A stretch of 64,000 nucleotides of DNA from Iphione sp. A-MEVVRFRX5 (taxonomy: Eukaryota), in the NCBI GenBank assembly GCA_976226885.1, contig OZ320315.1, forward strand, positions 38,316,001 through 38,380,000, read 5' to 3'. Positions 61,255-64,000 of the stretch are shown here, piece by piece; position 1 is the first letter of the stretch; every line of letters begins with the position of its first letter. The notes beneath the pieces are model-generated. The model made no database searches and was not told where the DNA came from. It worked only from the letters and a program-made list of their open reading frames with translations. A program made the translations under genes and the position numbers.

Positions 61255-64000
61255 AATAATAATAATAATAATAATAATGTGTTTATTAACCAAATCTCCA
61301 CATACAGGCGCAAAGTTCTCCTTGGTTAATGAAGGAACAACAAGAAAAGCAATTACACACAGGTCATACAGTGGACAACACATATACAAACAGAGGACAA
61401 CACATGTACAGATCGACATTACATATATAGGTACAAATTGACGGTGTAAGACATATATTACATACTAGTGAAGCAGATCTACAGGCAGCTTAGTATTGAA
61501 GACATGTAGCAAAAGTAGCATTATACACGATTAAGTCAGATACAGTGAGTCAAAACATGCACGTGCAAATAGGCTGGGTGTCTAGTAGCAGCGGCAAAAA
61601 AGGAGATACACTACAGAACATGCGACACGGATTATGAGAATAACACACACGGAAGATCAAATATGCCAGAATTATACACATACGACAAAACAGCAGAGAA
61701 GGAAGGCAGCAGATACCTATTCCCAAGTTGGCAATCATGCACTTAGTAAGGATACACAGGAGCAATAAGCCATATAATGCGCGGTACGCTGATATCAGGT
61801 TATCAGACGTCCATGCGTGAGAGTAGCATAGGCTATGTGGAATACCATACCCGTCAGTCGGAGAACTGTCCTAGTCATAGAGACGACTACAAATGTAACA
61901 TGGATATTCCTATGATGAGCAGGCGTTGCCCATGAGCAGCAAGTTAATAGGAAAGCTCCTCGGTGAATACCTAGCCCGATTATACAAGAAATACAAAAAC
62001 TCTCATACATCGGCTCAGTTGCAGAAAATCCAGCCAAATGCTGGGTTAGCTCCTTCGGACGAGTCCACGGAAGCTAGCCTTGGTCCTGCATCTAGCTTCT
62101 TTGGGTAGGGAATTCCACTGAGAAGCAGCACCAAAGCGCAGAGTGCGCATGTACTGGCGACTCTTAGCCCTTGGAATGAAGATGCGAAGGCCAATCCCTT
62201 CCCTAGTCTTCGATTTCTTAGCCATGGGTAGTAACTCCAAGTGTGCCTGGTTGTGGATTGCCTTCAGGGCCCTCAGTTCTACAAGCTCCACTATTCTGGC
62301 AATACCGTAACGTTCAGCTAACAATCTAGCTGATTGGTACTTGTTCCCCTGAATCGCCACCCGGATGCATCGGTTCAGGTGTACCTGGAGCCGGTTGAGT
62401 ACACCACCAGTGCAGGGGTACAGGATAGCAGCCACATAGAAAACCTGTGGCAAGACCAGGGTTTTGAATAGACGAACTCTCAATTGCAACGGGAAGAATG
62501 ACTTAACACGACCCAATTTCAATGAGGCAGACCACATCCTACACTTAACCTGGGCTATTAGCTCCTTGAGTTGCAACTTAGCATCCACCAAGAAGCCAAG
62601 CAAGTTCAGTTTGGCTTCTAGCTTTAGAGGCGAGCCACCAATGGTCAAGTCGAGCGGGACATTCGAGGCATTGCCCATGACCATGTAGCCACACTTTCCC
62701 ACGCTTAACAGCAGACCCACTTCATTACACCAAGTGACCACTTGATCAATGGTGTGCTGTGCATTTTGCCGGAGGCGGAGGAGATCAGGAGCCCGCACCA
62801 CAATGCTCAGATCGTCAGCGTAAAGGATTGGTTCACTGACGTCCGGGAGCCGGCCCGCCACCTCATCAACAACCAGGGCGAAGGCGCTCGGTCCGAAGAC
62901 CGAGCCTTGTGGCACGCCGTGGACCACCTGACGGAGCGAGGAACACTCACCCCCACACCTCACAAACTGCTTCCGGTTGACAAAATAGCTCGAGATCAAC
63001 TTCCGGAGCAGCCAGGAAGCACCCGCTTCTTCTAGTCTGCGCAACACAACCGCCGATGGGACAAGGTCGAAGGCCTTTTTTAAATCAAAGGCCAACACAC
63101 AGCAATATTGACTCGAGTTGAGCACATCAGAGACACGGTTTATCAGGCACACAATGGCTGTCTCCGTACTCCGACCGGCTCGAAAGCCATGCTGGGCACT
63201 ACCTATGAAGTGTCTGTCAGACAGTGTCTTCACTAGATTCGCTACCATCCAAGATTCAAAGATCTTACCAGGCAGTGGTAAGATCGATACTGGACGGTAG
63301 TTGCCCAGCTGATCACGGTTCCCCTTCTTGAAGACGGGCGTCACGCGAGCGACCTTCCATCCATCCGGGTATAGTCCCCTCAGGATGATGTGGCGGAACA
63401 GGTTGGCAAGGAAATCAACATTCAGTAGAAGCAATGGTTTCAAGATGGAGGTTGGGACGTCATCAATGCCCGAGGATTTACGGACATTGACCTTGTTGAT
63501 GTACGGACGAAGCTGGATAGGAGTAGGCACTGGAAGGTCAAAAGGATCACGCCCCGCCGCTGCGACCCATTGGTTTGGTAGCTGGTTCTTAGCTAGCTTG
63601 CTAACTTCATCGATGAAGTAACTGTTGAAAAGGTCCGGTAGTGAAGTGCCTCCCACCTGTTGATCATCCAGCTGCGACACATCGGGTAACACTGGCACCG
63701 ACTTACTCCGACCCAAGGCATCATTTAGGACACCCCATAGTTTGCTGGAGTCACCACCAGCACTCTTGATTTTGCGAGCCCAAAAGAGCTTTCGGGCAAG
63801 TCTGGTTGCCTTTCTCACTTCCCCATTTAGAAATTTAAAAATCCTCTTCGCATCCTCACAGTTGTTGGACTTCCATTTACGAAAGTAGTACTGTCTGTCC
63901 GCTATTAGCTCGACAGTTCCTGGATCCAACTGGACCCCATGCTCATAGGTTCTACTCTTTCGAGTTACTATGCGCACCTTACTGTCAAGACCCTGCTTGA
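61255..64000 (-). mobile_element. CR1/L2-type non-LTR retrotransposon, 3' part, 5' end beyond the window
   Basis: Uninterrupted RT ORF (62046-63977, open to the edge), about 790 nt of 3' UTR, AATAAA (61287-61282), then an (ATT)8 tail at 61278-61255. Confidence 0.9.
62046..64000 (-). CDS. LINE ORF2 reverse transcriptase (partial, at least 650 aa, no stops)
   Basis: WKVARVTPVFKKG..NYRPVSIL, QHGFRAGRST, FDLKKAFDLV, GVPQGSVFGP, LYADD and C-terminal QWNSLP motifs. The frame stays open from 63977 to the window end (KQGLDSKVRIV). Confidence 0.95.
   Translation of the reverse strand, partial: KQGLDSKVRIVTRKSRTYEHGVQLDPGTVELIADRQYYFRKWKSNNCEDAKRIFKFLNGEVRKATRLARKLFWARKIKSAGGDSSKLWGVLNDALGRSKSVPVLPDVSQLDDQQVGGTSLPDLFNSYFIDEVSKLAKNQLPNQWVAAAGRDPFDLPVPTPIQLRPYINKVNVRKSSGIDDVPTSILKPLLLLNVDFLANLFRHIILRGLYPDGWKVARVTPVFKKGNRDQLGNYRPVSILPLPGKIFESWMVANLVKTLSDRHFIGSAQHGFRAGRSTETAIVCLINRVSDVLNSSQYCCVLAFDLKKAFDLVPSAVVLRRLEEAGASWLLRKLISSYFVNRKQFVRCGGECSSLRQVVHGVPQGSVFGPSAFALVVDEVAGRLPDVSEPILYADDLSIVVRAPDLLRLRQNAQHTIDQVVTWCNEVGLLLSVGKCGYMVMGNASNVPLDLTIGGSPLKLEAKLNLLGFLVDAKLQLKELIAQVKCRMWSASLKLGRVKSFFPLQLRVRLFKTLVLPQVFYVAAILYPCTGGVLNRLQVHLNRCIRVAIQGNKYQSARLLAERYGIARIVELVELRALKAIHNQAHLELLPMAKKSKTREGIGLRIFIPRAKSRQYMRTLRFGAASQWNSLPKEARCRTKASFRGLVRRS

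Overview
Eukaryotic, AT-rich, intron-containing genomic DNA, most likely from a marine invertebrate animal (inference from GC-rich exons in AT-rich introns, a GRL chemoreceptor, CR1/L2-type LINEs, MITEs and frequent TACATGTA; the species cannot be determined here). Two multi-exon genes could be rebuilt by hand, and they lie tail-to-tail. (1) A 10-exon + strand gene (25378-34006, 753 aa) encodes a signal-peptide-bearing GH31 enzyme colinear with bacterial YihQ sulfoquinovosidase. It keeps both catalytic Asp residues and the full Q-Q-R-W-Y sulfonate-specificity set. (2) A 4-coding-exon - strand gene (46658-36988, about 485 aa) encodes a gustatory-receptor-like (GRL/7TM ion channel) protein with the family's three 3' phase-0 introns and an unusual SYVVVLFKF version of the TYhhhhhQF pore motif. 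The rest is mostly transposon-derived: an uninterrupted LINE ORF2 running off the right edge with an (ATT)n tail, several decayed LINEs, Harbinger-like and Tc1/pogo-like MITEs (some nested in other elements), tRNA-derived SINE heads, microsatellites and an 80-bp near-perfect hairpin. There are no CRISPR arrays, rRNA or convincing tRNA genes. All alignments were done by eye from recalled family motifs; no search was run.
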